A DNA stretch of 61,611 nucleotides from an uncultured SAR86 cluster bacterium (GTDB lineage Bacteria; Pseudomonadota; Gammaproteobacteria; Magnimaribacterales; D2472): positions 1 to 61,611 of the forward strand of contig CABXNE010000004.1 of NCBI GenBank assembly GCA_902513515.1. The letters are read 5' to 3'. Below the pieces are notes generated by a model. It searched no databases. It was given only the letters and a program-made list of their open reading frames with translations, and was not told where the DNA came from. A program made the position numbers and the translations under genes. Positions 33,946 to 43,235 of the stretch are shown in pieces (the first letter of the stretch is position 1; every line of letters starts with the position of its first letter).

Positions 33946-34559
33946 AAAAAAACATAATCTTATCTTCATTTCTTTTACTCATTATTTCTATTTCTGCTGC
34001 TTCTGAATACAGGCTGGGAAGGGATTATGGCTCCTTATCAAGACCTCTTCCTGTTAAAGAAGATGGAGTGGTCGATGTAGTTGAAGTTTTTTGGTATGGC
34101 TGCGGTCATTGCTTTAACCTAGCCCCAATAACTGCAAAATGGGCAAAACAACAAGATGCTTCAGTTAATTATCAAAAAATGCCTGTTACATGGGGCCCGG
34201 TTCATCAGCTGCACGCAAAACTTTTTTACACTATTGAGGCATTGGGTATAGGCGATACTGCTCATTCAGCTGTTTTTACTGCCATTCATAAAGAAGGTAA
34301 TTTTTTAGCCAGCGAGGGAGCAATTCTAGAGTTCCTTGAAAAACTTGGCACGGATAGAAGCGAGACCATTAAATATATGAATTCTTTTTCTGTTAGACAA
34401 AAAGTTAAGCGAGCAATAGAGCTATCAAAACAGTTTAAAGTCACTGCGACTCCAATGATTTTTGTAGATGGACAGTATAGAATAGAGGCCAAAGGAGGGC
34501 ACTCTAAAATGCTTAAAGTGGTTGATCATGTGATCAAGCTTCAAAAACCAGTTTCTTAA
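33942..34559 (+). CDS. dsbA: Thiol:disulfide interchange protein DsbA
   Basis: Signal peptide, EVFWYGCGHC, cis-Pro loop ATP, VDGQY. Confidence 0.93.
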   Translation: MKKNIILSSFLLLIISISAASEYRLGRDYGSLSRPLPVKEDGVVDVVEVFWYGCGHCFNLAPITAKWAKQQDASVNYQKMPVTWGPVHQLHAKLFYTIEALGIGDTAHSAVFTAIHKEGNFLASEGAILEFLEKLGTDRSETIKYMNSFSVRQKVKRAIELSKQFKVTATPMIFVDGQYRIEAKGGHSKMLKVVDHVIKLQKPVS

Positions 34560-34578
34560 AGCAAAAGTTATAAAAATT

Positions 34579-34989
34579 ATGAAAAAGTCTATTCCATTAT
34601 TTGTTATTACCTTAGCTGTTGCACTATTTTTCAATGGCAAAAAATACGATGAACTTGTGAGCTCAAGACTAAGCTCATCAATTGGTGTTTGTTTAGAGGG
34701 CCAGTCTTGTGGTCAAGCTACCGCAATGAATGTAGTTACAGCAGCTGGATCTAGATCTGCTGAATCAATTTACACAACTGGATGCGCTGCCTGTCATGAT
34801 GGCGGTATTGCAGGAGCTCCAATGATGGGAAATAAAAGCCAATGGGAGGCACGCCAAGCTAAGGGCTACGAAATGCTGGTTAATAACGCTTACAATGGAA
34901 TCAATGGAATGCCAGCTAAAGGGCTTTGTGTAGACTGTACTAAAGAGGAAATAGACTTAGCTGTTCAATATATGCTGGACTCTATTTAG
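34579..34989 (+). CDS. Cytochrome c5 family
   Basis: CAACHDGG.AGAP, W..R, MPAKGLC.DC...AVQYM. Confidence 0.92.
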   Translation: MKKSIPLFVITLAVALFFNGKKYDELVSSRLSSSIGVCLEGQSCGQATAMNVVTAAGSRSAESIYTTGCAACHDGGIAGAPMMGNKSQWEARQAKGYEMLVNNAYNGINGMPAKGLCVDCTKEEIDLAVQYMLDSI

Positions 34990-35233
34990 GCTTAGATTTT
35001 TCCAGTAACGCCTCTAAATTAGCAACCCTTTCTTCTAGCCTTTTAGCTATATTTTTGAGCGCCTCATATTCCTCGCCTGAGACATAGCCTTGAGATTTTA
35101 CCAAATCATTAAACTTCTCTTTAAGCTCATCTTGAATAATTTTTATATTTGGCGAGTCAGCATTCTCAGAAAATGCATCAATTTTGTCATGCACAATGCT
35201 TAAAAACGCATCAAAAGAATCTTTAGCTGCCAT
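34982..35233 (-). CDS. ubiK: Ubiquinone biosynthesis accessory factor UbiK (BMFP family)
   Basis: 83 aa helical protein, V(S).EEY motif followed by coiled coil ...RLEERVANLEA. Confidence 0.68.
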   Translation of the reverse strand: MAAKDSFDAFLSIVHDKIDAFSENADSPNIKIIQDELKEKFNDLVKSQGYVSGEEYEALKNIAKRLEERVANLEALLEKSKPK

Positions 35234-35930
35234 AATTTTTTTCCATCAAATCTATGAATTCAGACCATTGCTTAAATTGAATTGGAGGATTGTCATCTAA
35301 CTCCCATTCAACACCATTAAGATTAAACCACATAGTATTGATTCCAAGATCTCTTGCACCCAAAACATCATTTACCGGATGATCTCCAACATGAAGAGTA
35401 TTTTCAAAATTTATCTGAGAAAGCTCCCGCGCCCTTAAAAAATGATGTTTATTTGGTTTGTTACTTTTAACATCCATTGAAGAAATTGAAAAATTAAATA
35501 GATGGCCTATGTTTAATTTATTTACATCAGCATTGCCATTCGTTAGAACGCCAAGTTTATATTGAGAAGATAATTTTTCTAAAACTTTAACCACCCCCTC
35601 ATAGAAAGTTACTTTATGTCTTTCTTTTAAAAAAAACTTATATGCTTCTTCAACAAAATCATCAAAATTATTTTTATTTTTAAAGTATTTATTGGTGTGA
35701 TAGGCAATTGTTTTTTTTCTTAGCATTCCTAGGTCATATTCCAAGGATGGGTCTTCTTTAATCAGCTCACTCCTAATTTCCATAAAATCTTCAAAAGTTC
35801 CCCATTTTATTTTTTTTCCAATCCTGTCTTCAGTCCATTTTCTAGAATTCTTTTCTGCGTTAATAATGGTGCTTCTAATATCCCAAAATGTATCGTCTAA
35901 ATCAAAAGTGATGAGTTGAATTCTAGACAT
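35223..35930 (-). CDS. HAD-IA hydrolase (YigB-like)
   Basis: FDLDDTFW, LTNGNAD, KP, HVGDHP.NDV.GA; follows xerC. Confidence 0.92.
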   Translation of the reverse strand: MSRIQLITFDLDDTFWDIRSTIINAEKNSRKWTEDRIGKKIKWGTFEDFMEIRSELIKEDPSLEYDLGMLRKKTIAYHTNKYFKNKNNFDDFVEEAYKFFLKERHKVTFYEGVVKVLEKLSSQYKLGVLTNGNADVNKLNIGHLFNFSISSMDVKSNKPNKHHFLRARELSQINFENTLHVGDHPVNDVLGARDLGINTMWFNLNGVEWELDDNPPIQFKQWSEFIDLMEKNYGS

Positions 35931-36831
35931 TTTTTTTGTGCGCACGCGGGTGAGAACTTTCATATACCTTTATTAGATGTTGATAATCAAGCCTAGTATA
36001 TATTTGAGTGGTCGATAAAGAACTATGTCCGAGCAATTCTTGAATACTCCTTAGATCTCCACTTGATTCAAGCAAATGAGTTGCAAAACTATGCCTCAAC
36101 ATGTGAGGGTTTACAGGTGGTAACCCTTGCATAAGAGCAATATTTTTAATTCTTTCTTGTACACTTCTTGTGGTGATTCGGCTGCCTCTCAAGTTAACAA
36201 ACAAAGCATCATCTTTTGTTAAAAGTTTCTCTCTCTCAATAATCCAATCGTTAATAGCGCTTTTTGCATAACGTCCAACCGGCACCAGTCTAGTCTTAGA
36301 GCCCTTGCCCAGGACTCGTAAAAAATTTTTATCATCTTCGAAATCACTTAAATTTGAGTTTACGGCCTCAGAAACTCGCAAGCCACTTGAATAAATAAGC
36401 TCAATAATTGCTAGATCTCTTTTTTCTTGAGAATTCTTAGGCTTGAAATTAAGCAACTGAGATACTTCTTCAGGCGATAAAATATTTGGTAAGTGGCTTG
36501 GAGATTTCGGCGAGTTAATTAATTCAAATGGAGAGTCTGATACCAGACTATTTTTTTTTAAATAATTAAAGAATCCCTTGGCGGAAGATATATGTCTTTG
36601 AATGGAACGCGCGCTAACATTATTTTGAAAAAGGTCTGCAATCCAAGCTGAACACATTTCCTCTGTGAGATTTTCAAAATTATTAATGTTAGAAGTTTCT
36701 AAAAATTTTGAAAACTTTTTTAAGTCTCTTTGATATGAATTAGTGGTGTTCTCGCTTAAGCCTTTAATATTTTCTAAAAAATCTAAATAATTAGAAATTA
36801 ACGGTAAAAGAAAATATTTTTCTTCATTCAT
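35923..36831 (-). CDS. xerC: Tyrosine recombinase XerC
   Basis: GLRVSE, GKGSKTR, HMLRHSFATHLLESSGDLR..QELLGH..LSTTQIYT; dapF-yigA-xerC-yigB synteny. Confidence 0.95.
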   Translation of the reverse strand: MNEEKYFLLPLISNYLDFLENIKGLSENTTNSYQRDLKKFSKFLETSNINNFENLTEEMCSAWIADLFQNNVSARSIQRHISSAKGFFNYLKKNSLVSDSPFELINSPKSPSHLPNILSPEEVSQLLNFKPKNSQEKRDLAIIELIYSSGLRVSEAVNSNLSDFEDDKNFLRVLGKGSKTRLVPVGRYAKSAINDWIIEREKLLTKDDALFVNLRGSRITTRSVQERIKNIALMQGLPPVNPHMLRHSFATHLLESSGDLRSIQELLGHSSLSTTQIYTRLDYQHLIKVYESSHPRAHKKNV

Positions 36832-37457
36832 GCCTCTTTTGATGCAAGCACTCTAACAATAATATCGCGAATATACTCTATAAATGTTGTATCTCCATCA
36901 CCTAGGTATTTTGTAGGCTCATTAGATCCTATCTTCAGAAGACCAAAACCATTGTTTAATTTCATTACGCTTATTACCGCAGATTTAACCGACTTACTAG
37001 AAAAGAAAGCAGCCATTTTTTCCTTGGATAAAGGCCCCATATGGATCGCGTCCTTATTCATATTAAAACCAGTTTCATTTTCAAGCTTTTGTAATTCAGA
37101 GTCTGAGAGAATTTCTAAGATGCATGAATCAACCTCAAAGTTATCTTCAAAGAACAGCTCAACTGTTTTCTTTATCTCATCAAAATCTTTAGAGGTAATT
37201 AGCGATAGAGTTAAATTTTTAGACTTAAAGAAAAGCTCTTCATTTTCTTTTCCGGTTGAAACAAACCCTGAAAGCATCTCCATAAGCCTTGATTGTTCAT
37301 CTCTAAGTTTTCGTACTTGCATTTCTAGTAGAGAAGTTGCTCCTTCAGCATCATGCTTAAAGCTTAATTCGCTTACAAGAGATTCTCTGGAAACAAAGAA
37401 ATCAGTATTTTCTAGTAAGTAAAGTTCTACTTCTTTGGAATCTATTTTTTTAACCAT
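36828..37457 (-). CDS. DUF484 family protein (YigA-like)
   Basis: V..YL.....FF, H...GA.SLLE.Q...LR, GS.....Y....T.F; between dapF and xerC. Confidence 0.88.
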   Translation of the reverse strand: MVKKIDSKEVELYLLENTDFFVSRESLVSELSFKHDAEGATSLLEMQVRKLRDEQSRLMEMLSGFVSTGKENEELFFKSKNLTLSLITSKDFDEIKKTVELFFEDNFEVDSCILEILSDSELQKLENETGFNMNKDAIHMGPLSKEKMAAFFSSKSVKSAVISVMKLNNGFGLLKIGSNEPTKYLGDGDTTFIEYIRDIIVRVLASKEA

Positions 37458-38227
37458 ACTCCCTCACAGATAAATTCAGCCGGCCCTGTCATTTCAAGCT
37501 TATCATTTATTTTTCTGAGGCTCAGCTCACCCCCAGCAGAAATAATTTTTATAGGCAATCTATCATTGATATTAAAGCTTGCAGTTGCTGCAGAAGCTGA
37601 GCCACATGATAATGTTTCCCCAGCTCCAGCTTCATTAGTTCTAAGCTCAAGATTTTTTGAATGTTTGGCAAATAAAGAAATATTTACATTTTTAAAAAAT
37701 TTTCTTTTTCTAAGCTTTGATGAAAGCGCATCAAGGTCATAAGAAAAAACTTTTTTTGTTTCTACAACTAAATGTTGATTGCCAGCGTTGATAAATTTAT
37801 ATTTCTTTAAGCCATATTTTTCTAAAAACATAGCTTCTGATTTTGGAATCTCTTTTTTAACTGGATAATCTAAGACAACTTTCACTTTTTTAGAGCCTGT
37901 TGGTTTAATTAATACAGGCTTTGATTTAGTGCCTAATAATAGAGGTTTCTTTGGAGCAAGCTCAGCCTTCCAAAGAAATGCTCCAACAGACCTTACTCCA
38001 TTCATACACATGTCAGCCTGTGAGCCATCTGAATTATAAAATTCTATATAAAAATCATGGTTAAAATTTTTTGGTGGATTGATAGTAATCAACTGATCAA
38101 ATCCAAGGCCCTTTTTTCTATCTCCCATCTTAATTAATTGAGATTTTGACAATACATGCTTCTTGGTAAGATTCTCTATGACAATAAAGTCATTGCCATT
38201 CCCATGCATTTTTTTAAACTTGAGCAT
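37442..38227 (-). CDS. dapF: Diaminopimelate epimerase (divergent)
   Basis: KMHGNGNDF, G.GFDQL, NSDGS.ADMCMNG, GNQH, GETLSCGS, GGEL, MTGPA. Confidence 0.9.
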   Translation of the reverse strand: MLKFKKMHGNGNDFIVIENLTKKHVLSKSQLIKMGDRKKGLGFDQLITINPPKNFNHDFYIEFYNSDGSQADMCMNGVRSVGAFLWKAELAPKKPLLLGTKSKPVLIKPTGSKKVKVVLDYPVKKEIPKSEAMFLEKYGLKKYKFINAGNQHLVVETKKVFSYDLDALSSKLRKRKFFKNVNISLFAKHSKNLELRTNEAGAGETLSCGSASAATASFNINDRLPIKIISAGGELSLRKINDKLEMTGPAEFICEGVWLKK

Positions 38228-38359
38228 CTAACCCCTCTTCAAGAGCAGTGAGTGAAGAGCAATCTTCTCGAAAGTTTCAGGCGGTATGGGCGCTTTCATC
38301 CCGCAACCTATAACAATAAAAGAAACTAGTACTAAAAAGAAAAAAAGGCGAACTTTCAT
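38228..38359 (-). CDS. lptM: Small lipoprotein LptM/YifL/LppL-like (43 aa; absent from ORF track)
   Basis: Hand translation: MKVRLFFFLVLVSFIVIG-CGMKAPIPPETFEKIALHSLLLKRG*. Signal peptide, Cys followed by G-x-K-x-P; stop abuts the dapF ATG (TAGATG). Confidence 0.75.
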   Translation of the reverse strand: MKVRLFFFLVLVSFIVIGCGMKAPIPPETFEKIALHSLLLKRG

Positions 38360-38365
38360 CCGCCT
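38340..38365 (-). terminator. Candidate intrinsic terminator downstream of ahcY
   Basis: Minus strand AGGCGGAU-GAAA-GUUCGCCU then UUUUUUCUUUUU: 8-bp stem (two G.U pairs), GNRA loop, 35 nt after ahcY stop. Confidence 0.6.
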
Positions 38366-38400
38366 ATTATGAGTAATTTATTAGAAAAAAACTAATTAGA

Positions 38401-39795
38401 TTAGTATTTGTATTCTTCTTCTTTAAACGGTCCGTCAACAGGCACATTAATATACTCAGCCTGCTCGCCTGTTAATTTTGTTATTGTGCCTCCAAAGCCT
38501 TGGACCATTAGTTCCGCAACCTCTTCATCTAATTTTTTAGGAAGGACCTTAACCGTCAACATTTCTTTTTGTTTATCTTCATCATTAACGTTTGCAAAAC
38601 CTTGTTCATATAAATACATCTGAGCTAAAACTTGGTTAGCAAATGATCCATCCATGATTCTGCTTGGATGACCTGTTGCATTGCCTAAGTTAACAAGCCT
38701 GCCTTCAGCCAATAGAATAATATAATTTTTACTTTGAAGATCTGGAGTTTCTGATGGCGAAGTGTCCCTAAATACCCTATGAACCTGAGGCTTGATTTCC
38801 TCCCAATACCACTTGTCTCTCATAAACTGAGTATCAATTTCATTATCAAAGTGACCTATATTGCATATCACTGCAGTATTTTTAACTGATCGCAACATCG
38901 CCTCATCACAAACATTTACATTTCCAGTAGTGGTTACAATTAGATCTGTATCTTCAAGCACTCCAAGATTAATATCCTTTACATCTCTTGTTACAACACC
39001 ATTATTGTATGTTGAGACAACCTCAAACCCATCCATACAAGCCTGCATAGCACATATAGGATCTGATTCAACAACTCTTACAATCATTCCCTCTTGAGCA
39101 AGACTAAGGGCAGACCCCTTACCAACGTCACCATATCCGATAACCAACGCTTTCTTTGAAGAAAGGAACATATCAGTTCCTCTTTTTATCGCATCATTTA
39201 AACTATGTCTGCAGCCATATTTATTATCATTTTTAGATTTAGTGACTGAGTCATTCACGTTGATTGCAGGCACTTTTAGGCTGTTGCTTTCAAGCATCGC
39301 TTTAAGTCTGTGTACCCCAGTAGTAGTTTCTTCTGAAATACCGTGAATGGTTTCAAGCATGTCAGGGAATTTTGTATGAACCATATGAGTAAGATCACCA
39401 CCATCGTCTAAAATCATATTTGCATCCCAAGGTTTATCATCTTGAACAATTGTTTGTTCAATACACCAATCAAACTCTTCATCTGTTTGTCCCTTCCAAG
39501 CAAAAACAGGGATTCCAGCTGCAGCGATTGCAGCGGCCGCATGATCTTGTGTTGAAAAAATATTGCATCCAGACCAACGAACTTCTGCACCCAGATCTAC
39601 CAAAGTTTCAATCAAAACAGCTGTTTGGATAGTCATGTGTATACAGCCCATAACTTTTGCACCCTTGAGGGGCTGAGTATCTTTATATTTAGTTCTTAGG
39701 GCCATTAAAGCAGGCATTTCATTCTCAGCTAAAGATATTTCTCTTCTGCCAAAATCTGCAAGACTCATATCTGCTACTTTATAATCATTTTCCAT
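38401..39795 (-). CDS. ahcY: Adenosylhomocysteinase
   Basis: [68 protein letters not shown]. Confidence 0.99.
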   Translation of the reverse strand: MENDYKVADMSLADFGRREISLAENEMPALMALRTKYKDTQPLKGAKVMGCIHMTIQTAVLIETLVDLGAEVRWSGCNIFSTQDHAAAAIAAAGIPVFAWKGQTDEEFDWCIEQTIVQDDKPWDANMILDDGGDLTHMVHTKFPDMLETIHGISEETTTGVHRLKAMLESNSLKVPAINVNDSVTKSKNDNKYGCRHSLNDAIKRGTDMFLSSKKALVIGYGDVGKGSALSLAQEGMIVRVVESDPICAMQACMDGFEVVSTYNNGVVTRDVKDINLGVLEDTDLIVTTTGNVNVCDEAMLRSVKNTAVICNIGHFDNEIDTQFMRDKWYWEEIKPQVHRVFRDTSPSETPDLQSKNYIILLAEGRLVNLGNATGHPSRIMDGSFANQVLAQMYLYEQGFANVNDEDKQKEMLTVKVLPKKLDEEVAELMVQGFGGTITKLTGEQAEYINVPVDGPFKEEEYKY

Positions 39796-39874
39796 TATTA
39801 ACTCCAGTAAATTTAAGTGTGCATTCTACATAAAAAAAGGGCATAAATACTGACTGATATTGTTAAATCAAACA

Positions 39875-41029
39875 TTATTGTGATATTTGATCTACTTTGT
39901 CTGTTTTTTCCCAAGTTAGATCAATATCAGACCTTCCAAAGTGTCCATATGCTGCAGTTGGTAGATAAATAGGGCGCTTTAGATCAAGCATATTAATTAA
40001 ACTTTTTGGTCTTAAATCAAATTCTTCTTCGACTATTTTTACTATTGCCTCTTTTGATATTTTTTCACTGTTGAAAGTTTCTACATGTATTGATGTTGGT
40101 TTTGCGACTCCGATAGCATATGAAACCTGAATTTCACAATAATCTGCAAGCCCTGCAGCCACAATATTTTTAGCCACGTATCTTGATGCATATGCAGCAG
40201 ATCTATCTACTTTTGATGGATCTTTTCCAGAAAAAGCACCTCCACCATGTCGAGCCATGCCCCCATAAGTGTCTACAATTATTTTTCTTCCTGTAAGACC
40301 GCAATCACCAACTGGGCCACCAATAACAAATTTACCTGTTGGATTAATGTAAATATTTGTCGAATCAAGAATCCATTCCTCAGGGACAATAGGCTTGATA
40401 ATTTTATCCATTACCTCAGCTTTGATTTCATCCTGAGTTACGTTTTCATCATGCTGTGTTGAAAGTACAACAGCAGAAAGACCCTCAATATTTTTACTAT
40501 CATCAGAATAAATAACACTTACCTGGCTCTTTGCATCAGGTCTTAGCCATTTAATTTCTCCACTTTTCATTACATCAGCTTGTTTTTTTACTAATCTATG
40601 AGAAAGATCAATTGGAAGAGGCATCAATGACTCTGTTTCAGTACAGGCATATCCAAACATTAGGCCCTGGTCACCAGCTCCTTGCTCTAAATTTTCTCCC
40701 TCGCCTTCAGTTACGCCCTGAGAGATATCAGGAGATTGCTCAAAGACTAAATTGGTGAATTCGCAGGTATCTCCATTAAATCCGTACTCGTCTGAGTTGT
40801 AACCAATATCATTAATTGTTTTTCTCACAACAGGTTCAAGGTCTGGACTTCCCAGAGAAGTAATTTCTCCAGCAATGAAAACCATATTATTTTTTATCAT
40901 AGTTTCACATGCAACCCTGCTATTAGGATCTTCAGCCAAATATGCATCTAAGACTGCATCAGATACTTGATCGCAAACTTTATCGGGATGGCCCCCAGAA
41001 ACTGATTCAGATGTAAAGATATAGCTCAT
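39875..41029 (-). CDS. metK: S-adenosylmethionine synthetase
   Basis: [53 protein letters not shown]. Confidence 0.99.
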   Translation of the reverse strand: MSYIFTSESVSGGHPDKVCDQVSDAVLDAYLAEDPNSRVACETMIKNNMVFIAGEITSLGSPDLEPVVRKTINDIGYNSDEYGFNGDTCEFTNLVFEQSPDISQGVTEGEGENLEQGAGDQGLMFGYACTETESLMPLPIDLSHRLVKKQADVMKSGEIKWLRPDAKSQVSVIYSDDSKNIEGLSAVVLSTQHDENVTQDEIKAEVMDKIIKPIVPEEWILDSTNIYINPTGKFVIGGPVGDCGLTGRKIIVDTYGGMARHGGGAFSGKDPSKVDRSAAYASRYVAKNIVAAGLADYCEIQVSYAIGVAKPTSIHVETFNSEKISKEAIVKIVEEEFDLRPKSLINMLDLKRPIYLPTAAYGHFGRSDIDLTWEKTDKVDQISQ

Positions 41030-41041
41030 AATTTCCTCTCT

Positions 41042-41069
41042 AATGTAGTTATGTAAATGTAGTTATGTA
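41042..41069. repeat. Perfect tandem duplication, 14 bp x 2 (AATGTAGTTATGTA)
   Basis: 41042-41055 and 41056-41069 are identical; lies in the metK 5' leader. Confidence 0.9.
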
Positions 41070-41094
41070 ATTTTAATTTATCACCAAAATTAGG

Positions 41095-41140
41095 CGCCCT
41101 ATTTAGCAGTTTTAGTATGCAATCAGGAACAAATCACTTA
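41095..41140 (-). ncRNA. SAM-II-type (SAM_alpha / SAM-V-related) riboswitch aptamer upstream of metK
   Basis: Minus strand AAGUG-AUUU-GUU-CCUG-AUU-GCA-UACU-AAAAC-UGC-UAAA-UAGGGCG. P1 AGUG/UACU, conserved GAUUU loop, GCA/UGC and CCU/AGG pseudoknot pairings, GCUAAA motif. Confidence 0.82.
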
Positions 41141-41243
41141 TTGCAGAGAATATTAGTTGTTTTATTAAATAAACTCAAATATATCTATAAAAAATTTAAC
41201 TCACATATTATGATTGGTGAGTCCTAAAATTATTTGCACAAAC

Positions 41244-43235
41244 ATGCACAAAGAACTCGCTAACGCTATTAGGTTTTTATCCATAGACGCTGTTCAAGCA
41301 GCTAAATGTGGTCATCCGGGCATGCCAATGGGGATGGCTGATATTGCAGTAGCTCTATGGAAATATAACCTAAAACATAACCCAGAAAATCCTCATTGGT
41401 TCAATCGAGATAGATTTGTTCTATCAAATGGCCATGGCTCAATGTTGCTCTATAGCTTGTTGCATTTAACCGGATACAATCTAAGTCTAGAAGACTTAAA
41501 GAGTTTTAGACAAATAGGATCTAAAACTCCCGGACATCCAGAATTAGATTTAGATATTGGCGTGGAAACAACAACCGGTCCCCTGGGTCAAGGCATAGGT
41601 AATGCAGTGGGCATGGCGTTGGCGGAGAAAATGCTGGCAAGCAAGTTCAATCAAGCAGACGGACTAAAACCTATTGATCACTATACTTATACATTTCTAG
41701 GTGATGGCTGTTTGATGGAGGGAATTTCTCATGAGGTTTGCTCATTTGCTGGAACCCATGGGTTGGGTAAGTTAATTTGTTTTTATGATCAAAATGGAAT
41801 CTCTATTGATGGAGAGATAGCAAGTTGGTTTACAGATAATACTGTACAAAGATTTGAAAGTTATAATTGGCAGGTAATTGAAGTCGATGGTCACAATGTC
41901 GAGCAAATTTTAGGGGCCATAAGAAATGCTCAAGAAGAGTCCAGTCGACCAACTTTAATTTGTTGTAAAACAGAAATTGGATTTGGATCGCCCAATAAAG
42001 CAGGAACATCAGGTGTGCATGGGTCTCCTTTAGGTGATGATGAGATCGAAAAAACAAGAGATCAGCTGGGGTGGAAATATGATCCATTTCATATTCCATC
42101 AAGCATAAAATCTGAATGGGATGCCAAGGATTCTGGCTCTAAGCACAATTCTGATTGGGATATCCTGATGGAGGAATATTCCAAAGCACACCCAGAGCTT
42201 TTTAATGAACTTAGCCGATTAATAAATAACGAGCTGCCAGAAAACTTTGAAAAACTTTATGAAAAATTTATTGAAGGATTGGCTTCAACCGATCAAAAAG
42301 AATTAGCAACTAGAAAAGCCTCAGAAATTTGCTTAAACTTTTTTTGCGAGCAATTACCGGAACTTGTTGGTGGATCTGCAGATCTTACAGGCTCAAATAA
42401 TACTTTTTCTTCAGCTAGCTCTGAGATGCTTCCTGACCGCCCACAAGGAAATCATATTTTTTATGGGGTAAGAGAATTTGGCATGACAGCTATGATGAAT
42501 GGAATGCTTTTACATGGTGGAATCAAACCATATGGCGGAACATTTTTAGTATTTATGGATTACGCCAGAAATGCTGTTCGACTAGCTTCCTTAATGGAGA
42601 TTCCAAATATCTTTGTTTACACTCATGACTCCATAGGCTTAGGAGAAGATGGTCCAACGCATCAACCGATTGAGCATCTTGTAACCCTTCGAGCAACTCC
42701 AAATTTAAATAACTGGAGGCCAGCAGATTTAATTGAAACGGCGGTGGGATGGAAAGAAGCAATAACTTCATCCAAGACTCCGCATAGTCTTATTTTATCG
42801 AGGCAAAATTTACCACATATTCAAAGAACCAAAGATCAGATTGGTCAAATAGAAAATGGAGGTTATCTTCTTATTCATGAAGAGCATGCTGACATTACAC
42901 TTATAGCATCAGGCAGTGAAGTCCAGTTGATTATTGCTGCTGCTAAATCTATCCAAAGCGAAGGATTGAAGGTAAATGTAGTATCTATGCCGTGTCTTGA
43001 TAAGTTCTATCTGCAAGACAAAGGCTATAGAGATAGCATTGTAGCTCCTGAGATACCTAAGCTGGTTGTAGAAGCTCTTCATCCTGATTCTTGGCAAGGC
43101 TTGGTTAATCTCACTGATACCATTATTGGCATGAATACCTTCGGTGAAAGTGCCCCAGCAAGTCAGTTAATGGCAAAGTTTGGTTTTACAGAAGACAACA
43201 TAGTTGTCGAAGCAAAAAAACTGGTTTCTAAGTGA
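41244..43235 (+). CDS. tkt: Transketolase
   Basis: GHPGMPMG, RDRFVLSNGHGSMLLY, TTGPLGQG, GDGCLMEG, THDSIGLGEDGPTHQP; start at ATG 41244. Confidence 0.99.
   Translation: MHKELANAIRFLSIDAVQAAKCGHPGMPMGMADIAVALWKYNLKHNPENPHWFNRDRFVLSNGHGSMLLYSLLHLTGYNLSLEDLKSFRQIGSKTPGHPELDLDIGVETTTGPLGQGIGNAVGMALAEKMLASKFNQADGLKPIDHYTYTFLGDGCLMEGISHEVCSFAGTHGLGKLICFYDQNGISIDGEIASWFTDNTVQRFESYNWQVIEVDGHNVEQILGAIRNAQEESSRPTLICCKTEIGFGSPNKAGTSGVHGSPLGDDEIEKTRDQLGWKYDPFHIPSSIKSEWDAKDSGSKHNSDWDILMEEYSKAHPELFNELSRLINNELPENFEKLYEKFIEGLASTDQKELATRKASEICLNFFCEQLPELVGGSADLTGSNNTFSSASSEMLPDRPQGNHIFYGVREFGMTAMMNGMLLHGGIKPYGGTFLVFMDYARNAVRLASLMEIPNIFVYTHDSIGLGEDGPTHQPIEHLVTLRATPNLNNWRPADLIETAVGWKEAITSSKTPHSLILSRQNLPHIQRTKDQIGQIENGGYLLIHEEHADITLIASGSEVQLIIAAAKSIQSEGLKVNVVSMPCLDKFYLQDKGYRDSIVAPEIPKLVVEALHPDSWQGLVNLTDTIIGMNTFGESAPASQLMAKFGFTEDNIVVEAKKLVSK

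Noticed and set aside
35923-36831. Tyrosine recombinase as a phage/island integrase
   Set aside because: Motifs and dapF-yigA-xerC-yigB synteny identify housekeeping XerC; no att sites, tRNA or cargo genes nearby.
36952-37422. 156-aa plus-strand ORF, and similar ORFs such as 804-1250, 12448-12765, 43693-44007 and 46238-46603
   Set aside because: Antisense shadows of well-supported genes; Ser/Phe-rich composition with no recognisable motifs.
39796-39874. SAH riboswitch upstream of ahcY
   Set aside because: Expected by context, but the 79-bp AT-rich spacer lacks the GAGGAGCG...CAGGCUC...CGCUC core.
41042-41069. CRISPR repeat
   Set aside because: Only two directly adjacent 14-bp units, no spacers and no cas genes.
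41030-41094. Second (tandem SAM-V) aptamer between the SAM-II element and metK
   Set aside because: No second AUUUG...CUAAA.AGG pseudoknot pattern is visible; the segment is mostly the 14-bp duplication.
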